Shown in pieces: positions 1-13,605 of a stretch of 64,000 nt of DNA. Source of the stretch: Rhynchopus sp. YZ270_cl-10 (taxonomy: Eukaryota); NCBI GenBank assembly GCA_964035575.1, contig OZ037839.1, forward strand, positions 434,001 through 498,000. The letters run 5' to 3'. The notes under the pieces were generated by a model, which was not told where the DNA came from, did no database searches, and was given only the letters and a program-made list of their open reading frames with translations. Within the stretch, counting starts at the first letter, position 1. Each line of letters begins with the position of its first letter. Made by a program: the position numbers and the translations under genes.

Positions 1-1300
1 CTGCCAGACATTTTTGAATTTTTCTTGACTTTCAGAAAAGGAACAAAAAGTCAAGAAATAGGAAAATATCCGACTTTTTCTTTTTGCAGACTTTGAACGG
101 TAAAATTGGGTTGGGTCTGGCACAGTCGGACTACCATGCAAGGGAGGGAATACATTATTTTTTTATTTCTTCCAGATTTTTCGACCCCGCCCCTTTTTTG
201 TCCCGATCAACCCCCTCCTCCTCCTCCCCGTGTGGAATAACACGGGGGGATGTCTTTTCCCTCCCTTGCTTGCAAAGCTTTTCAGTACACATCCTACTGG
301 AGGGGTCTCCAGCGGTGCGTCACCTTTCGTCTCTGTACGTTGGCGAGAATGAGAGAAAAGTGTTTGTGGAAGCGTACAACTAACAAACTCTCCCCTTATT
401 TCATTTCCCGTTTTTCCTGTGTGGGTGAAGATAGTTATTGACACCGTAGTACTTTAAGATGATCCTGAGCCTCTCGTGCTTAGTCACCTGATAAAACTTA
501 TAATCACCGCCAATATTATTACACCCATGAAGTGCGTGCATAAGTGGGGAACAAAACCTTGGCTTGAAATACAACAGCCCTCTCGTAGCAGTGTACCATT
601 GTGCTACTCCCCCGCTTCCACTCAAATCAATAAAAAGGTCGTCAGACGGGTGTTGAATTGGTTCCACCACCGCAAAGTATTTGTCCTATAACATCTTAAC
701 GTACATTCTCTGTTGATTCTAAAACGGGGGAGGGGTAAAAAAGCGCGGAAGGTAAATTAGGGAAGAGGTTGAATCATTTCCCACCGCAAAGTATTTGTCC
801 AATAAAAAAGTGAAGTTGATAGTGCAAACGCCTCAGGGACGCAGGCACTGACACTCCGCGGGTTATCGAACCCTGGAGTGTTGCGCTTGGGAGTGGTTTA
901 CAGGGAAGCTGTAAGCAGGTATACATTCATTACCCCACCCTGACCGGGAAAAAAAAATCAGCTCTGGGGGGGCGCAACGCAGCGACGCCCCCTCCGTGCA
1001 TGGATAGAGAAAAGAGAAAAAGAGTTTTTGCAGTGCTACACAAAGACTTCCTAATGAATGAAGTTGCAGAATATTTTGTTTGTTGCTCGCACAACCACCT
1101 CGCCAGAAAAAAGCTTCTTGTACATCAATGCCACACACACACACACACACCCCTTAGGCTGGGATATGCAGAAGACATCTCCCTCAAGGGAACATATATT
1201 CTCTCTGAAGGCGATTCCCTTTTAAAAAAGATCGTTTTTTTTGAGATGATGACGAACACACTGTCGCACCTCCCCCCTTTAGCAGCGCCCCTCAGAAGCC

Positions 1301-2779
<1,479 letters not shown>

Positions 2780-3048
2780 CTCTTAGTGTAGTGTGCCTTG
2801 TGGTGGGTGTGGGGAAGGGTATATAGGGTGACTAGACGGATGACAGAGAAGTTGAAAGTGCAAACGTCTCACCGTTCATCGGCAGACGCAGGTACTGGTT
2901 CCCCGCGGGTTATCGAATTAAAAGAGCAAGTGATGTAGGGTGTCATGTTAGTTCTTTATTTGTAGTCAGGGGTCGTGGGTTTTTTTTATTCGTCCGGTGT
3001 GGCGAATTTGTGCTTTTTTTCCCCCCTCCCGTTCCGCAAGCTGTTATG

Positions 3049-3271
3049 CAGGCCTAATGCTAAGTGCCGTTTCGGTTTTTTTGGGCGAGGATTTCATTTT
3101 TTCAAAAAGCCCCCAAAAAAATATTTTTCGCCCAGTTGAAAGCGGTCGTCGCGCGCGAAGCGCGCGACGACCCGCTTTCAAGGGGAGAAAAAAATTTTGA
3201 CCTCAAAATATACAATTTTCCGCCGTTTCGGCCTTTTTTTTCAAATCCTCCCCGACTTAGCATTATGGCTG
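3049..3271. mobile_element. MITE-like element sharing TIRs with the hAT-like element at 32624-34626
   Basis: CAGGCCTAATGCTAAGT at 3049 and the inverted ACTTAGCATTATGGCTG ending 3271; internal palindrome GGTCGTCGCGCGCGAAGCGCGCGACGACC (~3144-3172). No TSD recognised. Confidence 0.6.
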
Positions 3272-3939
3272 CAATGTTCTCTTTCACTGAAGGATGGTAC
3301 AATAGACAAAGGTGAACCAGCTATATACCCGACACCACACACAAGAGAGCGTGCAGTGAGGCAGCACTGAAAAAAACACTTGAAAAAAAAAATGACATGC
3401 CCATCAGATGTGCCGATGCCTCTCTCTTGATTGGTTCACCTTAAACCCTACCTACCTACAGCAAAACGGAAGATGGGAGGCAGAGCTACGACCACGCCCC
3501 GTTCATACTATATTATATCTCTACCATGGGCTAGATGCCACCAAACTCTGGCCAACAGACACTCTCCAAAAAAAATCAACAATATTATCAAAAGCACGAC
3601 TCAAAAACACTACGCAGTCTGACACTGTCAACTGCTTTCCGATACACACCACATAGGGCTATATTCCAAAGCTAGGTAAGGGGGTAACCCACACAACCGA
3701 TGTTTCACACACCAATAATACACATGATCTTAGCTAAAAAGGCCCAAATAGGCCATCAAACACCTCAAGAGACAATGTTCTCCTCTTAAGAACTACCCGC
3801 ACTAACTGCTATTCAAACAACACACAGTGGGGCTATCTTCAGAATCCTACGAAATAACCCACACAGCTCCCGATAGGATTCCACACGAATGAGGGGGACG
3901 TAATGAGCATCGTCTCAATAAAAACCCCCAGTAATTTTC

Positions 3940-5307
3940 TTATGCACTCTCGAGTAGGATTGAGAGCTCTGCTTGCGAGACGAGGGTGTGCTCGAAGACG
4001 CGCCCCGTCTGTTTGGTGAGACTGAAGACCTGCCCTTCCGGACCTTCTTCGGGGAGTACTGCCTTGACCCATCCTTTGCTTGTATTGCGTCCGATGTGGG
4101 GTGTGTCTCGCACGTTGAAGCAGACCTTGGCAGAGGTCATGAGGATGCCGTTGATGTGTGTGTCCGCACCTGACAGTGTTATGGCATACGCCACCGGCGA
4201 GCGTCCGTCCTTGGCCCCCGGGTTTGCGTGCTGCATATCCCCCAGGAGCAGCTCGAAGCCTTTCCCTTCTAATGAAATATGCGTTACAAGGGGGCAGTCC
4301 CCTATGGGTTTGTGCCCGTTGCAGACCCTTCGAACGTTGTTCTCGACAAGAAATTTTGTGACATCGTGGGGCACAGAGACGGTGCCCCTTGCGTAGAATG
4401 ATTCAATCATGATCCCACGGTTGCAGCTGGCCTCGGAGTTCTGATACGCAACGAGAGATGAGCCGGGGGTACGGTCTGCGCTGCATTGCTGCATTTTGTG
4501 CTCCACTACGGCATCATGGCCCCAGGCGTTTAGGTGCTCTACCCATTCTTCCAGCGACGCAGTCTCGGGGAGAGTTGTCCCTTGGACTGCCGAAACATCG
4601 CCGCATTTGTCCGTGAATGCGAGGTCCAGGGAAGGCACAAACCGTATTGCTGCAGAAGGCAGACCACCATGGCAGAAGAGGGTTCCATCGATGAGTGCCG
4701 CGATCTGCGCCAGCTCCAAGTAGTCAAGCACTACCGAGGTGGTAAGCACCTCGCGCACCCCGTCCGCGGGGCACACTGAGTCACGGAAGGACGCAAGCAC
4801 ATCCGCATCGGACACAGCGCCTGCCACACCACGTCCAAGCCCCAACACTGCCAGCTCCTCCCGCCGCATCTCGAAGCTATCCTTGCAGCCTAACGTCACC
4901 TCCAAGAGGTACTTCAGCCTACCCACCTCGCTTGTGTCCTTCGTGAAGTCTGTGAATGAAGGCGCTTTTTGGTCCCAAAACGGTATCGCAGGCGGTGACG
5001 TGAGCTCGGTGGTGAAGCGAAGCTTGTTCACATCTCTGTTCCCCATAATGAGGAAGACGCGCGTTGGGTGGGCGCGCTTGAAGGCAGTCAGGGTATCCGC
5101 CAGACGCAGGTCTCCACTACCCTTATCGAAGAGATCCCCACCGAAGACAAACATATCTGCAGTGTCAGCAGTGCCAGAAGCATCGCGGAACACGACACGT
5201 GTCTGCGCTTCGTCACCCCACCCGACTACATCAGATAGGCTCACGGACCTTCGGAATAGGTCTAAATCTCCTTCTACGTCTGTTACATACGCTATCCTCC
5301 GTGGCAT
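3940..5307 (-). CDS. Calcineurin-like metallophosphoesterase family protein
   Basis: 455-aa ORF with motifs in the expected order: TDVEGD, GGDLFDKG, GNRD, CHGG, GHKP. Confidence 0.85.
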   Translation of the reverse strand: MPRRIAYVTDVEGDLDLFRRSVSLSDVVGWGDEAQTRVVFRDASGTADTADMFVFGGDLFDKGSGDLRLADTLTAFKRAHPTRVFLIMGNRDVNKLRFTTELTSPPAIPFWDQKAPSFTDFTKDTSEVGRLKYLLEVTLGCKDSFEMRREELAVLGLGRGVAGAVSDADVLASFRDSVCPADGVREVLTTSVVLDYLELAQIAALIDGTLFCHGGLPSAAIRFVPSLDLAFTDKCGDVSAVQGTTLPETASLEEWVEHLNAWGHDAVVEHKMQQCSADRTPGSSLVAYQNSEASCNRGIMIESFYARGTVSVPHDVTKFLVENNVRRVCNGHKPIGDCPLVTHISLEGKGFELLLGDMQHANPGAKDGRSPVAYAITLSGADTHINGILMTSAKVCFNVRDTPHIGRNTSKGWVKAVLPEEGPEGQVFSLTKQTGRVFEHTLVSQAELSILLESA

Positions 5308-5888
5308 GTGTGTAGTCTGTGTGGGGGTGGTAAAAAGTAGGTAGGGTAGGCTTAGGTTGCAAAAAAGAGAAAAGTGGTAAAAATATGAGAGACGTATGTC
5401 GCAATTGTGTTCGTATCTTTACCTAGAGGAGGGGGTAAAGAAAAAATCCAGCGCCGCGATAACCCTCCAAACAAAAGCACTGCTTCACAACACCGTTCCG
5501 TCCTGGGGGGGGCTACGTGAATGAAAACGCGGCTTTTCCCTTAGGCATTCGCGACCGCGAGCTTTTGGTCCCTGCCGATTTTTCGGCACTGTCAGTGACA
5601 CTACTATGTCAGTAGCACACAAACACAAGCAACCCTACCGACCTTTCGGTGCACCCGTTCTTTACCCTGTTTCAATCCCTCACGGATCGACTGCGCGACC
5701 AAAGGCATGAAAAACCCCCCAAACGTCCACCAGTACACACAAGGACTCCATGCCTATGAAGTAGGAGTACAGGTGAAAGGTACTCATGAACACGGCGATA
5801 TCGCAAACTCACCCAGGCTGTGCGGTTGACACGCACACAGGACATGGTCGCCACATCATACCAGAGCAAGAAGCATACGATGTTCCAC

Positions 5889-7124
5889 TCAACAACATGC
5901 ACAACCTTCAAAGGGCTTTCGGGGAACACGCACGACTGAGTTTGGGGCCATCTTCACCTTTTCGATGAGCAATCTCTTGTCGGTGAGATCCATGGAGATA
6001 CACACGGAGAACTGCATATCGCTTGATACGGCAAACACAATGGTGTTTGTGTCCACACGTTGGCCTTCACTAAGCAAGACGTCCCAGCGTACTACCGATG
6101 ACCTGGTGCTGCTGAAGATGTACCGCGAGCACGCACTAAACGTGATGTGTACGATGTAGTCATTATCTTCATCCATGGGGGGAGCATGGCGGAACTTCCT
6201 TACGAGGTTACGTCTCGCCGTGCCGTAGACACGAAGCTCCTTGCTGTAGTACACTGCAAGCAGACGCGAGTCCGGCGAGAATAAGGGTGCTTTGAACGGT
6301 ATATTTAACACCACAGACTTCATGTCCCACAGCACCGACGGAGGCCGCCTCGTCTCACCGAACCTCATGATACCGTATGAGTTGCAGCTTGTAGCGACCC
6401 ACCCCCCGCACGGCGACAGCACTGCAAGGTATGTCCTGCCAGGCACGGCGTCCTCACTGACCGGCCCCAGCACCAGCATGCCTTTGTCGGTGGAGGCGAG
6501 GACGTGGTTACTGTTCTCAGATGCGGACAGCATCCAGACCCGGCCTGCCAGTGTCTGCTTTGTGCGGTGGCTCTTGAAGGTTGCGCTGTCCAGCCACTCG
6601 ACGGAGCAGTCCTCTGCAAACGCGCACACAATGTGCAGAGATGTGAGTGCAATGCAGGTGACTGCGCGGGTTGTGACCGTTCTTGTTATGCCGCGCACGA
6701 GATCGAGCTTAAGTAAGTGGCCCGCACCGCCGTACCACCCTTCCGTATCCCCTTCCACGAACACACACCAGGTACGGCAGGGCGACAGCGCGAAGGCTTT
6801 CCCGAAGTTGCGGTACGACACGTCACGCCGCCACTCTCCCTCCACAATGTCGGGCTCGCAGATGAACTCTGCCAGCAGCGTATCCCCACTGCATAGGCCA
6901 GTGTCGCACACGAGCGTTGTGTTCTCGCCCAGTTTCACCTTCTTTGCGTCCTTCGTGTCCCGCAGCAGTTGTGCAGGTGCCGGAAGACCCTCAGTGTCCA
7001 CCGGTGGTGTGTCAGGCCGAAGCACCTCTGTGGCCTTGTGTCGCAGCTCCAGAACTGTCTCGCCTTCGCCCACCTCGACAGCACAGACCTTCCCGCTTTC
7101 GAGACACCTCACGTGGACCTCCAT
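5889..7124 (-). CDS. Ubiquitin-like N-terminal domain + WD40/beta-propeller-like protein
   Basis: Start taken at MEVHVRCL (7124). UBL-like pattern (VEVGEGETVLELRHK...GLCSGDTL), then propeller-like strands (ALSPC, LSPCGGWVAT, FSPDSRLLAV, FSACSRYIFS...VRWD). Confidence 0.7.
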   Translation of the reverse strand: MEVHVRCLESGKVCAVEVGEGETVLELRHKATEVLRPDTPPVDTEGLPAPAQLLRDTKDAKKVKLGENTTLVCDTGLCSGDTLLAEFICEPDIVEGEWRRDVSYRNFGKAFALSPCRTWCVFVEGDTEGWYGGAGHLLKLDLVRGITRTVTTRAVTCIALTSLHIVCAFAEDCSVEWLDSATFKSHRTKQTLAGRVWMLSASENSNHVLASTDKGMLVLGPVSEDAVPGRTYLAVLSPCGGWVATSCNSYGIMRFGETRRPPSVLWDMKSVVLNIPFKAPLFSPDSRLLAVYYSKELRVYGTARRNLVRKFRHAPPMDEDNDYIVHITFSACSRYIFSSTRSSVVRWDVLLSEGQRVDTNTIVFAVSSDMQFSVCISMDLTDKRLLIEKVKMAPNSVVRVPRKPFEGCACC

Positions 7125-7832
7125 TGATGGGTGGGAACAGGTGTATTGTGTTTGCTTGTGTTTGCTGGGGTGTGGTGTCAATGCAGGTCAACCAAAAGGA
7201 ACAACACTAAACACCTTCAAGAGCACAGAATGATCAACATGCACTAGAGCACCCAAAGAAGCAGGAGAGGGTGAAGCACGCTCAAACGTGTGAGGTCAAT
7301 AGTTGCGAAAAAGGAACGGACACGGTGGACTAGTTGTGTGGAAGCGTCAATGCATCAAACAACCCCAAGAAGGGGGGTGGGGAACGGTAAGTCAACCCCC
7401 TTTTTTGTTGTTGTGTCGGCAATCGCCTATGTCATGTCAGCAAAGGGGAATTATCACTATTTTTGGATAAATTGTTGGAGTAGTGTAGTTGCCTCGGTTG
7501 TGTTGCCACAGTTTGTGCAATCTCCACTTTCCTTTTTTTCTTTTTTTGTTTTGCTTCTGAACGTTTTTTGTGGCGTCGGGGGGGGTGGAATTGCCTTTGT
7601 AATCGTTGGTCGGGGGGGAGGGATACGTGGACCAAAAGAGAGAAAAATTGGAAAATAATGCGACTGTCATGCACACATCTAATGCTGGAGGGTGCGAAAA
7701 GAATTCCATAAGCTATGAATCAGCCTCCCTCCCTCCCTCTGCACAACAATATCATAGTTATAGGGGGTGACGAAAAGGGTTGGTTTGATGGTGTTGAAGT
7801 AGAAGTCAAACAACACAACGAACCCCCCTTAC

Positions 7833-7962
7833 TGATGGCAGTATTGTGATGGGAGCCCATTGGAATACGCAAAATACATCAAAATGCATCACAATACACG
7901 TATGAATGTATTTTGATGTATTTTGCGTATTCCAATGAGCTCCCATCACAATACTGCCATCA
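7833..7962. repeat. Near-perfect foldback inverted repeat (~57-bp arms)
   Basis: TGATGGCAGTATTGTGATGGGAGCCCATTGGAATACGCAAAATACATCAAAAT... pairs with ...ATTTTGATGTATTTTGCGTATTCCAATGAGCTCCCATCACAATACTGCCATCA. Confidence 0.85.
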
Positions 7963-8627
7963 TTAACCCTCTCCCGCTGTCCTTGGTCAATAAATAAATA
8001 AAAATGTTCTTCTTATTACCGCTCGTACCGGATTTTCTGCCGAATAAAAGAGGATGGTTCGCATGATGGTTTTCCTGGGGCTCACACATTCCCCCACGCC
8101 TCCTATTTCCTTCCATAGAAAACCCGGTAAATATCAAGAATTTCTAAACCCCAGCAATACCGGGAGGGATGAACTCGCTCGCACTCTCAACTATAGTCCC
8201 ACAGGGAGAAGGTGGTTTGGCCGGCACATAAGATGTGCACCGTTTGCCGGTATCGGGCACAGTTTATGAAGAATTCCACACAAAAAATCGTACCACAGGT
8301 AGGGTTTTTTCGGGGGATTTTTCAGAGGGAAAAGAGGTGGGGGGGAAGGGGGGGGTTTTCAAACGAGTCATGAAAACACGCGGGGGGTGTACTCCACACA
8401 CAAAATGCAAGACGCAAACAAAGAAAGAAAAACACTGGGAGTGGCTGAAGGGGGGTGATTCGCACTTCTTGCGCACCTCTTGCTTCTTTGTGCACCGACC
8501 CTATTCAGTACCACACCCTAAAGACAATGGTTATTGACGCAGGCACCTCCGGCGGACACATTATACGATGCCAGCCCCGGATGAAAGCATATAAAATAGA
8601 ATCTGACTTCACGATATAAGACAACAT

Positions 8628-8746
8628 CCACCTGATTTTTTACCCCGCGTAAAGGCGCGTAAAGGCTGGGAAAAATGGGTGGGGTTTGGCCTCTACGGTC
8701 CTATACGGTCCTATACGGGCCAAAACGCGGGGTAAAAATCAGGTGG
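8628..8746. mobile_element. 119-bp MITE with ~22-bp TIRs and 5-bp TSD
   Basis: CCACCTGATTTTTTACCCCGCGT ... ACGCGGGGTAAAAATCAGGTGG, flanked by AACAT at 8623-8627 and 8747-8751. Confidence 0.75.
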
Positions 8747-9315
8747 AACATGAATAAAACGACAAAAATAAAATACGCGCTCCTGTATCAACAAGCATTA
8801 TTTACATCGCGACTGTGAGGCGAGATATCATTTTCTTTTCTGCATAGCCACGACAATCATCAAAAATAGAAGAAAACGAGACTTGAAGATACACATCGGG
8901 GGGGGGAAAAACATTGGGGAGGGGAACAAACAAAAGGGTGGCTATTATTTATGTTCTGAACCCCATGCCACACCCTCGCAAAAGGGTGGGGGTAAAGATT
9001 TGATAAAGTTTAGCACCTTCTCAGGGAAATAGGACGTCTCCTTTGGCTTTTTTATTCGGGTCTTTCCATACACACGAGAACAACGTCAATAGTACACTCA
9101 CATACGTTCTGTTCAGGTGAACAGCAAATAGGATCAGGGGGTAATCGCACTACCCCCCCTTATCACAATAATAGGGAAACAGAAAACGTTTGTGTGATTA
9201 GACTACTATCTCAAGAGAGCCGTCGATGATCAAACAAGGGAAACAGAAAACAGAAGTCTTTGTGAAATGAATGTGTCTTCTCGTGCACACATCACAACAA
9301 AGTTGCACCCCCCAT

Positions 9316-11897
9316 CTACGCTACTGGGCAGGTGGAAAGACATTTGGGGTACTTCAGGGCGGCGATGGTGTCGTACTGGTTGCGCAGCTGAAAGGGGGTC
9401 GGTGGGAGTGGGAGAGTGTACACGGTTGGGTGTAAAATTGGGTATAATGTGTCGGTTCAGATCAAAGACATACCTGGAATGTGTTCGGGTAGTAGCTCCA
9501 CTTCTGCCAGGAGCTAGGTGCGGCGGATGAGTCTGCAATGGTAAGCGAGCCGTTGCTGTGGCCCACGAGCATGAGCTTCGTGTTGCCAAGGATGTGCATA
9601 ACATCAGCCTCGTTCCTGATGCGTGTGTAGCTGTTCTCAAACTGCTGTGCAGTGTTGTTCTGCAAGCAGACCTCCAGCGTGAGCACATCAGCACTGTTCA
9701 TGCTCACACAGAGTCCCGATGCCCTGTGCACGATCTGCCAGTTCGAACGCAGGTCAAAGCTTTGGTAATCAAGTGCCAGTCCGTTGCTCACACAGTCGAG
9801 CACAGTGAGCACTGTTCCCTGCTTTGCCGCTGCGCAAGGTGACGACGGGTTCCAGTTCGGCCCTGCCGCAGTGACGTTCACGTCGTCGTACTCCACAGCA
9901 AGCCACGCGTTTGCACCAAGCGCAGCAAACCCGTTGTCGTAGTTCTCAATTGCCTCGTTCGTGAACAGCGTTTCACCCAGATCCTGCACACGTCCACGCC
10001 ACGCACCGCTGGCCACAGCTTCCTCGGTAAGTGTCATGTACGACGCACTGGCCACAGACGCAACAGTCTCGAGCTGCAGCGCAAACCACAGATTCCCAGG
10101 AGGTGTCTGCACCTTTCCTGACTTGATCACCGTGGACGTGCCGTACGACGGCGGACCAGAGCCCAACGCAGGTCCACCATAGCTGAGAGTGTACTCACCC
10201 GACCCGTACAGGCACAGCACAACACCCTGCGTCCACATCTGGTTCACACGTGTCGCAACACATCCTGCTGCGTCTGTCGAAGGAAGATGGATGCGGGTCG
10301 AAATCCTGATGTCCTGGAACTCCTTCATCCCAATCAAAGTCATTGGTCCGTTGGAGCCGTGGTCGCTCCAACCAATAGGAAGCTGTGGCACCATCTGACG
10401 GAGTGAGCCTGAGTGGACCTCAAAGGCTCCAATCTGATCCGTCAGGTACTTGCCCTCCTGCCCGTCCGCGACAGCGCTGAAGTCGTCGACGTGCGGCAAG
10501 GGGAACAGCGGTACAGATGCAGGTGGTGTGTACTGTCCCTTCTTCCCAGTCTTCACCGTGGTCAAGGTGATGTAGTCCCCAACATTCACCTCGACAGTGA
10601 CCTGTCCGTTCACAGGGGTCACCTCTCCCATGTATTCGAACTGCTGGGTGACGTTGTTCTCGTAGTTGGAGCGCCACACAGCAAGGTTGGTGTTCGGGGT
10701 GAGTCCTGCAAAGGTGAACGTCGCGTTCTCTGCGGAAACGTCAAACGCAGGCAGTCCGGGGCGTGTGCACGCCGCATGTTCGTGCGACACCTTTGCGATC
10801 ATCATCGTCACGTCCGTCCCCTCCGTGTCCACGATTGTTGTGTAAAACCCACCGTTCGTGAGCTCTCCACTGCCCGACCCCACAGAGAGGTACTTCCACC
10901 CAACCTCCGTGAACTGTGTCACGTGTGCCGTGGCCCAGACAACTTCGAAAGTGCTGTAGTATCCTGACCAGGGCTGCACAGACGTCAGCATCGAGGAGGC
11001 GTACCAGTTGGTGCCGTGGTAGTACGCACCCACAAGGTTCCACATGATGTTCGAAGTCATGCCTGAGAGGACGTAGTGCGAGTTCACGACACGTGCCCAG
11101 CACGCTGCCCCGTTGTAGTCGTCGTAGCTCGAAGACTCTTCACTTGACCAGAACGGCTTGTTCAGAGCGTGGCAGTCGCTGTAGTTGCTGTAGTCCGAAG
11201 GGTAGTGCAGGCCGATGATGTCCACTGCATCTGCGTATGCCTGGTCCTTCTGCAGTGTGGCACAGATGTCCGCACCTCCGTCCTTAGCAACAAGCTTGAT
11301 GTTGGGAAACCCTGCGTCTGCCAGCGTCTTCTTCAGGGACACTGCATATGCGGCGGAGGACGAACGTTCGTTCCAGACACCAATATAGTCGATGTCGAGT
11401 CCGTGTGTCTGCTTTGCCCCAACAATCCAGTTCTTGATGTACAGCGCTGTCTGGTTGGGGTATGTGAAGGGCGATCCCGACGGCTTGCCAGTGACAGGGT
11501 CGTTGCCAACCCAGCCTGGGAAGGCCCAGGGAAGACCGTACAGCTTGATCTTAGGGTTGCGTGCCTTGGCCTCCTTCATGAGCCACCATTCGTAGCCTCG
11601 TGTCACATCAAGGTCGTCCTTTGAGTGCATGTGGCTCGTCTCCGTGCCGTCTGTCGACTGTGAGTCGCCCCCAATCTCAACCTTGAGGATCTGCAGGGAC
11701 GCACCGAAGTTGGGCAGGAACAGATAGTCAAGGATCTGCGAGCGTTGGGGCTCCACGTAGTCAAGGAGGAGACGTGACGTGGCACCCCCGCCAGAGAGAC
11801 CACCCAGGCCCCAGAAGACGTCCTTTGCGGCCGCCGTGTTGACGGGGTACGCTGTCTGCTGCGCCGCCATGCAGGCAAGCAGAACCACACTCTGCAT
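9316..11897 (-). CDS. GALC: Galactocerebrosidase-like GH59 hydrolase with C-terminal ricin B lectin, copy 1 (2 exons: 9474-11897, 9316-9387; 831 aa)
   Basis: GH59 motifs SGGGATSRLL, ASLQILKVEIGGD, RGYEWWLMKEAK, GLPWAFPGW, WNE (acid/base), HYP, WSSEE (nucleophile). Intron 9388-9473 (GTATGT...TTTCAG) restores the C-terminus LRNQYDTIAALKYPKCLSTCPVA. Confidence 0.9.
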
Positions 11898-13605
11898 TGT
11901 TGCTGATGCCTTTTCAATTCACCTGCGCAGGTTTGGGTGTGAGAGAGAGGAAGGGCAGTGGTACAGGGAAGGGAGTGTAAAAGATGCCACTTCGTCTTCC
12001 CAAAGAACAACGTTAGACGCGAAGCAACATTATTGCTTCTCAGCAGGGATACAGTGAGAGTACAAGGTTTTGTTTTCATGCCCTCTTGGAAGTGACGTAT
12101 ATCCAGCACGATTGGGATATGTATAAATGAAGGAAAAGCGCAGAAGATGAACCTAATCCTCACGTGCTAAGGGCACTGTGTTCACAATCATTAACGCACA
12201 AACCAAACTCAGAGTATTTTGCCACAGGTATTTATGTTCTAGATAACGGAAGGACACCATCACGTACCACTAGATAGGAAGAGCAGACTCAGAGCCGGCA
12301 TGACGAGGCAATCATTTATGTCCATAGAATGCGAGACTAGCGCAAAAGACTTGTGAGACAAGAGGGGTGCAAACACTGACAGAGGGAAAGGAGGTGTGAG
12401 GGAGGGTTGACTTTGTGCGTGCTTTTTAGTTTGTGTTCCAAATCGTAGATCTGACTAGTATAGTGAGATCTATACATTTTACGCACAATCCCAGGATACC
12501 TAGCATCCTGGGATTCTACATAAATTGTATAAATCTGACGATAAAAAAAAGTTGGGATTGTGCACATCAAAGAATCAGATTTATGCCATTTCCTTTGTAC
12601 TGTACCGAATATTATAACCATACCGCGTACATGCTCATGCGCGCCTACACGCGACAATAAGCGGGTTAAAAAATCAGGTGGCATAAACACAATATAATGG
12701 TAGAGTTGAAATACAAAGCCTCTCGTGACGGTGTACCTTGTTACATGACCGGGTGTGGGGTGGACACCCAACCATGCAGGTCCCACATTTCGTGGTTTAC
12801 ATCTGAAAAAATACATTGTATTGATCTGACTCTAACCTTGTGCACATCTGCAAACATTTGACTTTCGTACAAAAAAAGATTTTTATTCTTCCTCCGACGG
12901 ACCCACTGTACGAATGCCAGCCCCGGATGAAAGCACAGAAAATAGTATCTGACTTCAGGATATATGCCCGTGTATAAAAAGAAAACAAAAAACAAACTGT
13001 TTTTTCATTTAAAGGACCTTCAGTCGATTCTATTTCCTTTTGCCAAATGCTTGGTATATAAAAATAACGCTGTATCAACAAGCATTGTTTACATCGCGGT
13101 GATACGTCCATTGAAAATCACGTCTTCAGAAAAGTTCGGGAATGTAGGCTAAAATGTTTTCTGCATAGCCACGACAATAATCAATAAAAGAAGAAGAAAA
13201 CGAGAGGGGGAAAATCGGGGAGGGAAAACAAAATGGGGGACTACTATTTATGTTTTATGTACCTTACGCCACACCCTCGCAAAAGGGTGGGTTAAGATTG
13301 ATGAAGTCTAGCACCTTCTCGGGTAAATGGGAATTCTCCGTTTTTTCGGGTCTTTCCATACACACGAGAACAACGTCAATGGTACACTCACATAATTCCT
13401 GATCAGGTGAACAGCAAATAGGATCAGGGGGTAATCGCACTACCCCCCCTTATCACAATAATAGGGAAACAGAAAACGTTTGTGTGATTAGACTACTATC
13501 TCAAGAGAGCCGTCGATGATCAAACAAGGGAAACAGAAAACAGAAGTCTTTGTGAAATGAATGTGTCTTCTCGTGCACACATCACAACAAAGTTGCACCC
13601 CACAT

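Noticed and set aside
5672..5929. F-box-like segment after the WD40-like gene (IVCFLLWYDVATMSCV)
   Set aside because: The resemblance is weak, it is in a different frame, and no clear splice join was found.
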